A stretch of 64,000 nucleotides of DNA from Octopus vulgaris (lineage: Eukaryota): assembly GCA_951406725.2 (NCBI GenBank), contig OX597817.1:88474001-88538000 (forward strand). Reading direction: 5' to 3'. This document shows positions 48,170-62,000 of the stretch, in pieces. Each line of letters begins with the position of its first letter. Within the stretch, counting starts at the first letter, position 1. The position numbers and the translations under genes are program-made. The notes under the pieces are model-generated. The model saw only the letters and a program-made list of their open reading frames with translations, ran no database searches and was not told where the DNA came from.

Positions 48170-49270
48170 AGTGTTATCACTACTTTTCACACCTTCAAGG
48201 TCCAAAAAATAGACATCAGCAATATGTATCATCTCACATCTGGCAAAACTTGCTCAGATTTGCCTCAATCAATCATGCCACTTGCCACAATCCTGCATAG
48301 CATTTGGCAAAGGCAGTAAACAACATCCCACAGGTGCAGGAATACTGTCTTTTGGTGGGCAGCTGAGTACATTCATGTCAAGGTGTCCATAAGAGTATCA
48401 CTAATGAGTTCTTGCTTAGCTCTCTAGCAATGTTCTATAAAGTGCTTTAATCTCTCTCTCTCTCTGCTTGTCCATCTCTCGAGACTCTCCAGTGGTATGG
48501 CACACACTTCTTTGAAGGTCATCTGGTTGTGGTGAATTCCAGATGACACTAAAGCCATCAAGAACTTTCCAAGCTGTTGCAAATTGAATTGTGCTTTGGG
48601 TATCCATCTGAACATTGATTGCTGACTCTTCTGGCCAATCTGTCCTCATTAGGCATCCTCATACTCACACAGTATCAATGGTGTTGCTGTTCCCACTGCT
48701 CCTCACATGGTTGAACATACCTATCAATATTTAAGGATTTTTACCTACTTTTATGTGGATACTATGTTGCTGCATAAGTATGTAAAGGATCTGCATATTT
48801 TCAAGGGTTTTGATTAATTGTGCTTATTAAACCCTCCCAATTGAAATAAATGTATTTAATCAAGGAAGTATTGACATATAGATAAATACCTCCAGCTGTT
48901 TTCTCAATGTTATGTAGAAGGGTGGTAGCTTCTGCAAAACATACAATCTCATCATATTTTTGTGGCTGGGTAGCAAAGGAAGGTGGATTTTGTCAGAGTG
49001 AAGTTGAGTTTTTCACTGCTATCACTAGATGTGTAAAGGGTGTAGTCAAGGCAGATGATAAATGCAAGTTGCAGTAGAATATTGTATTGCCTTGCAAGAT
49101 GTCTGTATTGATATCAAAGTATCTCCATTAGGTGATTGAACTTTAACTCTTGTACTATTCCTGATGTTCATGTGCAAGAAAACAATTTGTTCAATTCTGT
49201 CTCAGTGTACAAAGTTAAAAGCTTTTGAGAAATCTACAAGCAATAAAGTTGCCTGTAGATCTTTCATCTT
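48170..49270 (-). mobile_element. Decayed non-LTR retrotransposon RT/3' fragment
   Basis: Minus strand reads VDFSKAF (~49220-49240), ILQGNT and FIICLDY (~49040-49100). Confidence 0.6.
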
Positions 49271-49435
49271 GTCACCTTGCTGATATCACAGACGTTGAAT
49301 AAATACTGAATTACATTACTTATTAACAAAGGCTTATATGAAATGTAGTTCTCAAAAATATGGCTGATCCCTGAGATGATAATCAAAATTATTGAAACAT
49401 TTTAGTCTTTTTAATGCTGTGTGATATTTGTTTAC

Positions 49436-49475
<40 letters not shown>

Positions 49476-49691
49476 TTATAACCATAAATGGTAGAACTTA
49501 TATTTGTTTTAAAATGATAGAAATTTTGAGCAAAATATTTAGATCAGTTACCATGCACAATTAAGAAAAAACACTGATCATCATCATCATTATCATCATC
49601 ATCATTACCATCCTCCTCCTCATCATCATCTTCATCACTATCATCATTATCACTACTTGAATAATTATTGATTAATAAATTAATACTTTAG

Positions 49692-49814
49692 ATACTTCTG
49701 TTTTGTTATGGAATTTTACAAGAACTACCTAATAATGTCCGTCAGAAAAAATCAGCTGCTATTGTAGACAGCATACATCATATGGTCACTTGTATTGTCT
49801 ATCATCTTAGTAAG
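49692..49814 (+). CDS. CFAP54: CFAP54-like exon 13 (ILLFCYGILQELPNNVRQKKSAAIVDSIHHMVTCIVYHLSK)
   Basis: actttag| acceptor, |gtatgt donor, phase 0/0; matches 'ESIQHMIACCIFYITK'. Confidence 0.92.
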
Positions 49815-51423
49815 GTATGTTTTATTTGTTTAATTTATCATCTTGTAATTTAGAAATTAAAAAAAAAACACCTCCAGTTTACTTCAAACTCCTGGTCATT
49901 AATAAAGATGCAAAATTTGTCACATAACTTATCGGGTCAGTTTCATATAAGGATATAAGGAGTTGAGATCAAGTAACAGTATATAATATAATGAATTGAA
50001 AAAACTCCATTTAATCAAGATTATCCATGCAATCAGTTGATAAACAGTCCCTCTATGAGTATTCAAAGTATAAAAGCAACAATCAAAGCAGATAGCTCCC
50101 ACATTTCATTGAAACTTTTGGAAAATATGAAAAATACAATAACTGCAATGAAGTTGGTTTTTAAGTCAAATGTTTTGGTTTTATCAGATTTATTCTGCTG
50201 ATCTGGCCAGACTAAATCTCATACAGTTGACATGTTTATACTCACTATATTTCATATAGAAGACCCTACTCTGTTTGTAATTAGTATGCAGAACACTCCT
50301 CTTTAAGCATTTCTCTCAATATTGTTGATTTAAACCCAGTTTGCCTGGTATTGGCTTATCTCTCTAAGTAACAGTCATAGAAGGATTTAAACAGAAACCT
50401 CCTTGTTAATTTTCTTATGGTACATATTTCTAGCTAAGTTGTCTTAACAGTTTGTAAATTAACTGTTTTTACAGGGTCCATTTGACCGTTAGGGGTTCGT
50501 ATAAGATTTTGTTGATAAAATTTATGAACAATAAATTGGTTATACTAATGAAATATTAAAAAATTTTTTTAAATACAATTTCTAATAATATTTAATTATG
50601 AAAATATAATAGGAGTTTTTAAACATTGAATGGCTATGAGGGTCTATCTGAGTAAAATATGAATCAAAGGGAGTCCATAAGCTAAAAATGGTTGAGAAAT
50701 ACTAGTTTAGAACATTAACATAAGGTAGTTCTGGTGATGGTATGAAAGATTACACTGCGTAACATGATTTTTGTCCTTGGGTAACTACTGTTATTTCCCT
50801 AGAAAGTATGAAAAATGGCTAATATTTCCTTCAAACTTTGCTTTTGTTATATTTATTCAAACCCCAAAGAATGCCTCTATGATGCTTCCCCACTACTCCT
50901 GTTCATCATCAGAGATGCATATATTGTCAACCACTAAAGGACATGCTCAAGTGATTAAGGTCAAACAACTGACAAGCAAATCTGTGATATTGAGCAGGAT
51001 GTTTGCTATAATGATATTTCTACTTCAGCAACTCAGGGTTGAATCTGTCTGAAATGTAATGGAAAATAGGTCAGTTTCGAAACATTGATGAACAGGTCAT
51101 GGAAGCAAAGTTTGAAGGGAAGAGTAGTCATTTTCTTTGATTTCTAAATAGAAGCAAATAGAAAATAACACTTACTGATCAAAAACAAAAAAAAAATTGT
51201 TACACAGTGTTATAGATCCTTCTGTCAGTAAGCTGATACTTACGGTAGAATTTGTTCTCACTAGACCAGTAACTAGTTGTCTGAGGTTTCTCTCTATTTC
51301 CTCCAAGCTCCTAAACTAAACCACAACATGCTAATTAAAAATTAAGTAATCAATACTGTGTTGCTTCTTCTTTCTTATGGTTTTTGGTTGTTTTTAACTA
51401 ATATTTTATAATTCTTTATGTAG

Positions 51424-51703
51424 ATGTTGCACAAAATGAGGGAAAAGACCATGGCTATAGAAGTCTCTGAAACTGGTTGTCGAATCCTGCAAGAAGATAT
51501 AATGGCCAAGAAAAATACTCTTCCAATTACTGAATCTTATACTACTGATCCAGACGCAATGAATGACAAAACAGAAGCTACTAACTGGTCATTCGCTAAA
51601 TTACGGCAGGCTGTTAAATCTAAACAAGATAATATTACCGAAATAGGCATAAAGGAAGAACTGGTCATTTTGGAGGAGGCTCTATCTTACATTAATAAAC
51701 TAG
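51424..51703 (+). CDS. CFAP54: CFAP54-like exon 14 (MLHKMREKTMAIEVSETGCRILQED...LSYINKL)
   Basis: tatgtag| acceptor, |gtaatt donor, phase 0/1; the gene presumably continues beyond the window. Confidence 0.85.
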
Positions 51704-51725
51704 GTAATTGTTTCTATTATTATTA

Positions 51726-51768
<43 letters not shown>

Positions 51769-52333
51769 TTGGCACAGGGGTAAAAACCATGATCATCAAG
51801 GTGGTTCCCCCAAAGTGAGGCCCTTCCAATGCACTCCGGTTCCCCCAAAGTGAAGCCCTTCCATTGCACTCTGGTTACAATTGCCCCAAATATGGGCAAC
51901 TCAGTGCACTATTTCTAAGTGTGGGGCCTGTGTTTGCGCTCACCCCATAAATCAAACAAAGAACAAATCATTATTATTATTATCATCATTATTATTATCA
52001 TTTGTTGTAGAAGGATTCTAACGACCCCCCCCCCTCCGCCCCAAGTGACTAAAAGTGGACTGACTCATTGTTATAAATTAAAGAACTGTCAGCAATTGGC
52101 AGTTCATGTTGGTAGCAGTTCACTATGAGCTTTGTGTAATAGCAATAGTAGTGGATTGTGTATATACTTTCTTCCCCCCACCTGCTTCGTTATATCATAT
52201 ATCTAATACAAGGATATAAAAGTGGTGACAAGTTGTTCAAAGCTTGCATTGGGCGTTTAAAAGATTTTTTTTTTGTTTGGTATGAAACCAAAGGAAAAAT
52301 CATTTAACATGGAGAACTTATTGGCCTCTGTGG

Positions 52334-52512
52334 TGCAGTTGCAACAGCAACTACAGCAGCAGCAACAGCAGCAGCAACAGCAGCAGCAATAGCAGCAGCA
52401 ATAGCAGCAGCAACAGTAGTTACAGCTGCAGCAACAGCAATTGCAGTAGCAGCAGCAACTACAACAGCAACAACAGTAACAAAAGCAACAGTAACAACAG
52501 CAAAACCAACAG
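52334..52512 (+). repeat. (CAG/CAA)n tract in frame with the Gypsy gag ATG at 52309
   Basis: Directly visible; several codons are TAG/TAA. Confidence 0.9.
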
Positions 52513-54529
52513 TTGCTGGAATTTATGTTGAAGAAGTCTGAAAATACTTCAGATTCATATTCACCAGACAGTGTAGCAACTCATATGAACAATTCAGCTA
52601 AAAACCAGTGGAATGTACTACCTTCTCTGCATATTTTCTTAGATATGAAAAAAATCTTCAGAGAAGAGTGTAAAAGTTGGTCCAATGAGAAAATAGTATG
52701 ATTACTTTTAGGTAAGTTATCCCCTGCTGAACATGAAAAATATAGTAATTATATTCTGCCAAAGAAGCCAGGTGAGATTTATTTTGATGAAACAATTAAT
52801 ATTTCATTGAAAATTTTCAGTGAAAGAAGTTCCCTGTTCAATACTCATTGGCAATGTTTAAATTTAGTCAAAAAAGATTATGAAGATTTCATCACCTATG
52901 CCAGAGTGGTTAACGGAGAGTGAGATATTCAAATTGAATGAGATGACCCCATATAGTAAAATAGGCCATAAAAAGTTACATTGCAAGACAGAACCTAAAA
53001 AACAGTTCAACAGAAAAAAATACATGAAGAGATTATTGGTGACAAAAAATACAAATGAGCCTCAAAGAAAATTTGTGTATGTAAAAATTAATAACACAAA
53101 CATAAAGTTACAATTGGATACAGGCTGTGACATCTCAATAACTAACACAGATACATGAAATAAAGTTGGGAGACGTAAATTAAATGGAACTTCAAAAATT
53201 GCCCATGGTGTTTCAGAAAAAAAACAAACTATATTTTAAGAGCAAATTGATAAGTAACGTTACATTTTGTGAAAAAACCTTAAAGGCTAAAGATTTTGTG
53301 TTCAATAATTCAACAAACTTGCTTGGTACCGACTGGATGGAATTGTTTAATTTATGGAATCTCCCCATAAATCTTTTTTGTAAAAATGTAAACAGTTTTC
53401 CTTCCAGTACAAATAAGTTGTCAGACAAATTGAAAAGAAAATTTTTTTTTATATTTACCCTGAAGTTCTGTGTACCAAAATGAAGGTATGGTTTCAAATG
53501 CAAGAAAATGCCATACCAACATTTAAACAAAAATGAACTGTACCATTTGCAGCACTAGAACACATAAACTTAGAGAGACTAGAAAAAAATTAGACTTATC
53601 CAAAGAGTGGAATATTCTAAATGGGCAGCACCAATTGTGTACATTAAGAAAAAGAATAATAGAATCAGAGTGTGTGCTGAATTTTCCACTGGTTTAAAGG
53701 AATGTCTTAAAATGTGCCACTATCTGCTACCTATTCCAGAGGATATTTATGCGAAATTAGACTGTGGCTAGATATTTTCTAAATTGAATCTCTCTGATGC
53801 GTACCTACAAATTAGAGTAGATGATGAATGCTCTAAATACCTAACAATTAACGCACATAAAGGATTGTATAAATACAACTGGTTACATATGGATATAATG
53901 TTAGCAGACCGTGAATTTTCAGTTCCATATCTGGATGATATTTTCATTAAAAAGCAAATCCAGGGATCAACTAGTAGAGCATCTAAAATATGTACTCCAA
54001 AAAAATTAGGGATTACGGGCTTTACTTTGAATAAAGAGAAGTTTGAATTTTTCTTACTGAAAATAAGATATTTAAGACAAATCATTGACAGAAATGGATG
54101 TCAACCAAACCCATCGAGGGCAGATGCAATAAAAAATATGCCCCCTGTGACTAATATAGTGACCTTACAAGCATTTTTAGGATTGGCAAATTATCAAAAT
54201 TATATCCCAAATATGCATAAGGTGAGGGTTCCACTGTACAATCTGCTGAAAAAACTATGAAATGGAATTGGTCAGAAAACTGTCAAAAGGCATTTGATGA
54301 AATAGAAAAAATATTAATATCTGATTTGGAGTTAGCACACTTCAATCCTGCAGTAGAGATTTTTGTAGCTTCAGATGCTTCTGAGTACAGTATAGGAGCA
54401 GTAATGCTACATAAAAATGGTAACATGAAGGCGGTGGTTCATACCTCACATTCTCTGCTATCAGCAGGGGAAAATTATAGTCAAATATAGAAAATTATAG
54501 TCGAAAAAAGGAATTCCTACATACACTGC

Positions 54530-55265
54530 TAGTAGTTGATAGCTTCCGTTACCTAGGTGACCAAGTCAGTAGCGGGGGAGGGTGCACTGAAAGTGTGGCT
54601 GCCAGAATAACAATAGCCTGGGCAAAGTTCAGAAAGCTCTTACCTCTGCTGGTGACAAAGGGCCTCTCGCTCAGAGTAAAAGGTAGACTGTATGACGCAT
54701 GTGTGCGAGCAGCCATGCTACATGGCAGTGAAACATGGGCTGTGACTGCTGAGGACATGAGTAAGCTCCCAAGGAATGAAGCCAGTAGGATCCAATGAAT
54801 GTGTAATGTCAGTGTGCATACTCAACAGATTGTAAGTACCTTGAGAGAAAAGTTGGATCTAAGAAGCATCGGATGTAGTGTGCAAGAGAGATGACTGCAC
54901 TGGTGTGGTCATGTGGCAATAATGTATGAGGATAGCTGTGTGAAAAAGTGCCACACCCTAGCATTTGAGGGAACCTGTGGAAGAGATGGACCCATGAAGA
55001 CCTGGGATGAAATGGTGAAGCACGACCTTCGAACATTAGGCCTCACCAAGGCAATGACTATTGACCGAGACTTTTGGAAATATGCTGTGCTTGAGAAGAC
55101 CCGGTCAGCCAAATGTGACCATAACCTTGTGGCCTATGCCAGGGGTGTAACCAGCCCACTTATGCGTACCTTCCCTTCATTGGACACTGCTTGCGAAGAC
55201 CTGCTGAGGCAAGTGATATCAAAATAAAATTCGATGACTGGCATCCGTGCTAGTGGAGCACTAAG
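54530..55265 (+). mobile_element. R1 LINE fragment nested in the Gypsy remnant
   Basis: FRYLGDQ..ARITIAWAKFRKLLPLL..LHGSETW, between Gypsy RNase H and integrase sequence. Confidence 0.85.
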
Positions 55266-55514
55266 TGGCTGGAAGTGCATAAATGTAAAAAGCCAACATC
55301 TGTGGTTACAATAAGCTTTTCACATGAATTGTTCACCTGGCATGGTATTCTGGGTACCATTGTGTCTGATAATGCAACACAATTTACCTCAGACAAGTTC
55401 AGAAAATTTTGCAAAATGTTCGTTATCGAACATGTCATCACATCACTGGGTTGATGTAATTGACTAGGTCCCCTACCCCAAATTTCAGGCCTTTGTACCT
55501 ATAGTAGAAAGGAT

Positions 55515-56080
55515 TATTATTATTATTCTTATTGAGTGAGAAAGCAGTGCATGCCATCAAAGTAACACTGGGGTACAAATATATGAAGCCCAATATACCC
55601 ATCATGACTACCCATCTGATAAGGATACACCAGGCACATGCATCACAACCATATGTGTGCGAAATGTGATCTCATATCGAGATAAACAGCACATAATCTT
55701 GCTGGGCGGGGCAGTTAGAATTTCCTTCAGCTTGAGTAGCCCATCTTGCTCAAAAGGTCCCTGAATAAGGTTTGTTTAAGGATATTGAACAAAACACCCA
55801 TGTTTCCAGAGGTGAATTATTCAAACCCCAAAGAATTTCTCACTATGATGCTCCCCCACCGCTTCTGCTCATGATCAGAGATGCACATATCATCAGCCAG
55901 AAAAGGACATGCTCAAATGGTTAAGATCAAACAACTGACAAGAAAATCTGTGGTATTGAATAGAATATTTGCTGTAGCCTATCTTTTATACCAATACAAA
56001 ACATTTACATGATAAGACTTCCAATCAGTTAAGATCAAAAACCATGAGAGCCACTGCCTGGTACTGTACCAGGGCATTTA
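55515..56080 (-). mobile_element. Non-coding interspersed repeat bounded by (TAA)n tracts
   Basis: 55815-55980 is similar to 50850-51010; (TAT)n at both ends. Confidence 0.5.
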
Positions 56081-56094
56081 TTATCATTATTATT

Positions 56095-59000
56095 ATTTTC
56101 ATATACACACTACAAATTAGACTGTTGGAAAAGAAGAAATCCTAACATCAAACTACCACAAGTAACCTTAGCTGCCTAAGTATCCTAGCTGTCCTTAATA
56201 ACACTGTTTTCTGGAGCTGTACTAAACTGGGTTTTATGCCTATTTCCTCTATCCATCTGTTCAGCTCTTCAGGGATAGTTCCCAATGCACCTATAACTAC
56301 TGGAATACATTTTACCTACACTTTTCATAGTCTCTGTAATTAAATGGCTAGATCCTTGTACTCTACTATTTTTTTTCTATATCTCTCATGTTGGTTTTTT
56401 TCATCATTTGGGACTGTAAAGTTAGTTATCTGGCACTTTCTATTCTCTTTATCCACTACTACTAAATCAGGCCTTCTAGCTTCTATTACTCTGTCTGTAT
56501 GAATGTTCAAGTCCCACATCTTATATTTCTTACTTTCTAGTACTTTACTAGGTTCATATTCATACTATTTATTAGTATGTTCAAATCTTTGCTTTCTACA
56601 TAACTCCTAGTGGATTACTCTCCCTAGTATTGTATTCTTTCTGTACCAGCATGCTACATTCACTTTCTATAAGAGTAATTCTTTGCTCTTTTGATTTGCA
56701 TAACCTACACTGAGAATCTACTTCGTTTTTGTCTATCTTGGCTTTTATCCAATTAGTCCTTAATGTTTGATCTTGTGCAGCTTCTAACAAACTTTCTGTC
56801 CCCCTCTTCAGCTTTCCTTTCTGCTACCATAACCATGTTTCACTACTGCTATTTGCTGCAACTATCTTTGTGGATCTACCATGAAACGCCTTCTCCTGCT
56901 TGTCAGATAATTTCTGTTCTTTTTTCTGGTTTTTAACTTCGTCTGGGTTTTTAGTTTCCCTATGTCTTGCTGTGACTCTAGCAGCTTGTAATAAACTTTC
57001 TTCACTATTACCTACATAGCAGTCTATATCTACTCTAGCTAACTCAATGCAGTCTTCTACTGATATTAACCTTCTTCTGCCTTCCTTTCTTGGTAAGTAT
57101 AATGTTGCTACTCCTGCACTTGGTGGAGTCCTCCATTCATATTGAATTCCTTCTTAGTTCTTCTTTCTCGCATTGCTAATTCAGTTTTTGTCTATTCTAC
57201 AAAAGCTGCTGAGTATCTAAGTGATGATACTTTCCAAGTATTTACAACCTTCACTAGACTTGGACCATTTAGCTTTAACTTCATTAGCTTCCTCACCCTT
57301 CTGATATACTCGTCAATTTTTGTTTTCATTTCTATAGTTAGTACTCTGTCAGATTCTAATATGCCTCCATATTTATAACTCTCTCTCCCTTTCAATGATT
57401 TTAATGTCTGGCCATCTGGTAATTGGATGCCTTCACTGTTGACTACCTGTCGCCTTCTCATAACTAATATTGCACAGTTATCTATGCCAAATTCCATGCC
57501 TATATCTTTGCTGAAGAGTCTTACAGTCTGTATTAAAGGATCTCTCTCTTTTTCATTCTCACTAAAAAGCTTCCACATTAATCGTAAGCAAGTGATTGGT
57601 CTATAGTTGCTAGCTGTACTACCCTTTCATAGTGAGTATTGCCCTCCCTCTAGTCATCCAACCTGATATTATTCCTCCATTAAGGCAATCCTGAAGTTGT
57701 TCCCTCAGCCTCCCATGTAAACTATTTAATTACTTTAGCCAGTACCCTTGAACTAAATCTGGTCCTGGGCCCTTCAAATTCAGTATTTTTCCTAACACTT
57801 TACTCATTAATGCACTAGTTAGTCTTAGATCTGGCTGTTTCTCACTCACTATTTCTTCCCTCACTTTCTTTAACCATACTGCATCTCCATCATGATTGAC
57901 TGGCTTATCCCAAATATTACTCCAGAACTTTCTAGCTTCTTCTGTATTGGGTTTCTCAACTTCAGTACTTCGTTCTCCACTATTTGGTAATAAAATCTCT
58001 TCTAATCTGTCTCAAATAATCTTTTCAGGGAGTGACGACCCTGCCTGACACAAGTTCTGGGCTCAGCTGGCTCCGGCTGACAGTACCTGGTATGGGCCCC
58101 TATCCAGGGTTACGGAAAGGAGACAACCTTCAAAGAAATCCGGAGTGGAGCCCTGAAGGCGGTCTAGTGTTCGACTCGACACTCTTCCGGCAGCTCCTGC
58201 AACCAAGCTGGTGCCAAACGTAATGCACTGCACTCCTTTGGACTACATCAGCAAGGTCGAGAGAGAAAACCTGACGATTGGGCTACCCAGGACTTTCTTA
58301 TCTCTAGCCCAGGCCTGCGCAAAACTGGAGAGGACACTTCAGTGCTGCTGTAAAAAGCTGCAGAAACAACACGGGAGGTAACAGTCACGAGTGATAAGTC
58401 CATTCAGATTGGCGTAAAATATGGGTGCTACGGGTTACCTCTGACGGTGCGAGGGACCTCTGTGTCCTATTGGTTAGCTACTGCCCACCTCAAGCTGGGC
58501 AGCCCCCAGTTAATAAGGTGCTGACCCGCCACAGGCCGCCTGCTTCATTGGGTGCTTGGAGCTAAGAGTATGACTTGAAAAGCAGCCTGCAACCTCTGCA
58601 CCAGGCAAACAACTAAAAGTCAAGAAAACACCAGTCCTGCGGTTGGCAAGCTGAAATGTCAGGACCATGTACCCTGGAATATCTGATGATCTACTCAGGG
58701 TTGACGACACAAGGAAAACGGCCATCATTGACCGTGAACTAAAGAGGCTCAACATAGACATTGCTGGGCTACAGGAGACAAGACTTCCCTCAAACGGCAA
58801 ACTCAAAGAGCAGGATTTCACCTTCTTTTGGCAGGGAAGAGATCCAGAAGAACCTCGTCAACATGGCGTTGGCTTTGCAGTGAGAAACTCACTACTCTCC
58901 TCAATAGAACCACCATCAGGAGGCACTGAGCGTATCCTCTCACTGCGCCTCTCGACTTCTTCTGGCTCAGTACATCTACTCAGCATCTATACTCCCACTC

Positions 59001-62000
59001 TCTACAGCTCAGAGGAGACCAAGGACCAGTTCTACAAAGATCTCAACTGTGTCATAGAAAATATACCAGCGACTGAAAATATCTACCTTCTAGGGGATTT
59101 TAACGCTCGCGTGGGATCTGACCATGATTCGTGGCCCATTTGTGTTGGACACTTTGGTATTGGCAACATGAATGACAATGGTCAGAGACTACTCGAATTC
59201 TGCACATACCACAACCTGTGCATCACAAACACATTCTTTACCAACAAGCCATCCCACAAGGCATCTTGGAGACATCCAAGATCTCACCACTGGCATCCAC
59301 TGGATCTCATCATTACACAGAGATCCTTTCTGAATTCTACTCTATTGACCCGCAGTTACCACAGCGCGGAGTGTGACACAGACCACTCACTAATTAGAAG
59401 TAGGGTGAGGATTCTACCTAAAAAAGTCCACTGCTCCAAGAAAGTGGGCCGACCATGCATTAACACTGCCAGAACCTCGGACCCTACACTGCAAAAATTT
59501 TTGCTGCTTCTATCAAGGTTGCCCTCAGTGGCTGCCCAACCTCCTCTGCTGAAAGTAGGTGGAACTATATCAGGGAAGCTTTGTATACGACATCAATAGA
59601 TACTTTCGGCATGAGAGAAAGGCAAAACCCAGATTGGTTCAATGCTGGGCTCTCAGAGCTGGAGCCAGTTATCGAAGCAAAGCGTGCAGCTCTGATGCAA
59701 TACAAGAGCGACTCTTCTACAAAGTCACTCAAAGAACTCAGAAAAGCACGAAATAAAACCCAACTGACGGCCAGACGCTGTGCAAATAGGTATTGGCTGG
59801 AAATTTGTCAGAGTATCCAGTCAGCTGCTGACAGGGGCAACACCCGTGGGATGTATGCCGGTTTGAAGAAGGCCCTCGGTCCATCCGCAACCAAGTCAGC
59901 CCCTCTGAAATCAACTACTGGAGATCTCATCAGGGATCAAAGCAAGCAAATGGATAGATGGGTGGAGCACTACCAGGATCTCTACTCACGGGAGACTACA
60001 GTGGCTGAGGCTGCGGTCAAGAGTGTCAAAATCTTGCCAGTCATGTGCGAACTTGACAGTCCGCCATCTATAGCAGAGCTCATCAAGGCTGTTGACTCCC
60101 TAGCAAGAAACAAGGCTCCGGGAAAAGACGGCATCCCCTCAGAGATCATCAAAGCCGGCAAAAACACCATCCTGCTTCGGCACCTTCATGAGCTTCTGTG
60201 TCAGTGCTGGGAAGAGGGTACAGTCCCTCAGGATATGCGGGATGCTAACATCATTACGCTTTACAAAAACAAAGGTGACCGTGGTGATTGTAACAATTAC
60301 CATGGAATATCTCTTCTAAGACCTTTGCCCGCGTTATCCTGGCCAGGCTACAACTACTTGCTTCTCGAATCTATCCAGAATCGCAGTGTGGCTTTAGAAG
60401 AAGCAGATCAACTATCGATATGATATTCTCCATACGCCAACTTCAGGAGAAGTCCAGAGAGCAGAGAATGCCATTATATATGGCCTTCATTGATCTAACA
60501 AAGGCCTTTGACTCGGTAAGCAGAACAGGCTTCTTTACCCTGCTCCAAAAAATCAGATGTCCACCAAAGCTGCTGAGGATTATCAAGTCTTTCCATGATG
60601 ACATGCAAGGCACCATACAGCACAACGGTTCAACATCAGCCGCCTTCCAAATAAAAAACGAGGTAAAGCAAGGTTGTGTCCTCGCTCCTACATTGTTTGG
60701 CATCTTCTTCTCGCTCTTACTCTCACATGCCTTTCAGACATCAGATGATGGAGTGTATCTGCACAGTAGAAGTGACGGGAAACTGTTCAATCTCTCGCGC
60801 CTGCGTGCCAAGACCAAAATCAGAAACGTCCTGATCAAGGAGATGGTATTTGCTGATGATGCCGCTCTGGTATCACACACAGAAGAAGCCCTCCAAAGGC
60901 TCATTAACTGTTTTGAGCAAGCATGTAACGACTTTGGCTTAGCTATCAGCCTTAAGAAGACCAACATCATGGGTCAGGCTACATCGGACATCCCAAACAT
61001 ACATATTGGAGACCACAGATTACAAGAGGTGGAGAAGTTTACCTATCTGGGCTCTACCGTCACCTACAACCTATCCCTCGACGCTGAGCTCAATATACGC
61101 ATTGGCAAGGCAGCTGCTGTGATGGCCCAACTCTCCAAATGGGCTTGGGACAACAATAAGCTGACCAAGACCACGAAAATGAAGATCTACCAGGCATGTG
61201 TACTTAGCACTCTGCTGTATGGAAGTGAGACTTGGACACTATACACACGCCAAGAGCATCGCCTAAACATCTTTCACCTGCGCTGCCTCCGGAAAATCCT
61301 CTGCATCAAATGGCAGAACCATATCCCCAACAAAGATGTCCTCAGGCAAGCAGGAATACCAAGCATGTTTGCACTCCTCACACAAAGACGTATGAGATGG
61401 CTTGGGCATGTTAGCCGTATGAAAGATGGCAGAATCCCCAAGGACATACTCTACGGAGAGCTTGCTAGGGGTACTAGGTCTGTGGGTAGACCGCTCTTAC
61501 ATTACAAGGATGTTTGCAAAAGGGACATGAAGGCCTGCAACATCAATATTAGCGGTTGGGAGGCAGTTGCCGGCAACCGTGGAGACTGGTGAAGTACCGT
61601 AAGAGAGGGAATACAAAGGAGTGACAGAGAGAGGAGAAATGGAAAGACAAGAAAAGACGTCAACAAGAAACTATGGCATTACAACCAGCCAGGAACAGTC
61701 TTCGCTACATTTGCGGTACCTGCCAGAGGGAGTGTTTGTCCAGGATAGGACTACACAGCCACAGCAGGAAATGTATCAGGACATGAAATGTAAAAGCCGG
61801 ACTAGGCTACTTTATGCGCAACTCCATTGTCTCCCGAGACAAAAAGGATGCCAACCAATCTTTTCTGTTGATACTGATCTATTCTTTTCTGATATCTGGA
61901 GAGCTTGACTGCTACTGCTATGATACACTGTTTCAACTCTTCTATTACTGTCCCAAATCCTTTCTCTTTGACTAAGTATCTTTAATCAAGGGAAGATTTG

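Larger units (their letters stand above)
52003..55445 (+). mobile_element. Decayed Ty3/Gypsy LTR retrotransposon (putative 5' LTR, polyQ gag, PR, RT, RNase H, IN fragment)
   Basis: TG start 52003, PBS-like tggtgacaag ~52223; LQLDTGCDIS; WAAPIV..RIRVCAEF; LSDAYLQ; YLDDIFI; VASDASEYSIGAV; IVSDNATQFTS (55265-55445). Confidence 0.85.

Noticed and set aside
51802-51876. 35-bp tandem duplication after exon 14
   Set aside because: Simple local duplication inside a repeat fragment; no further structure seen
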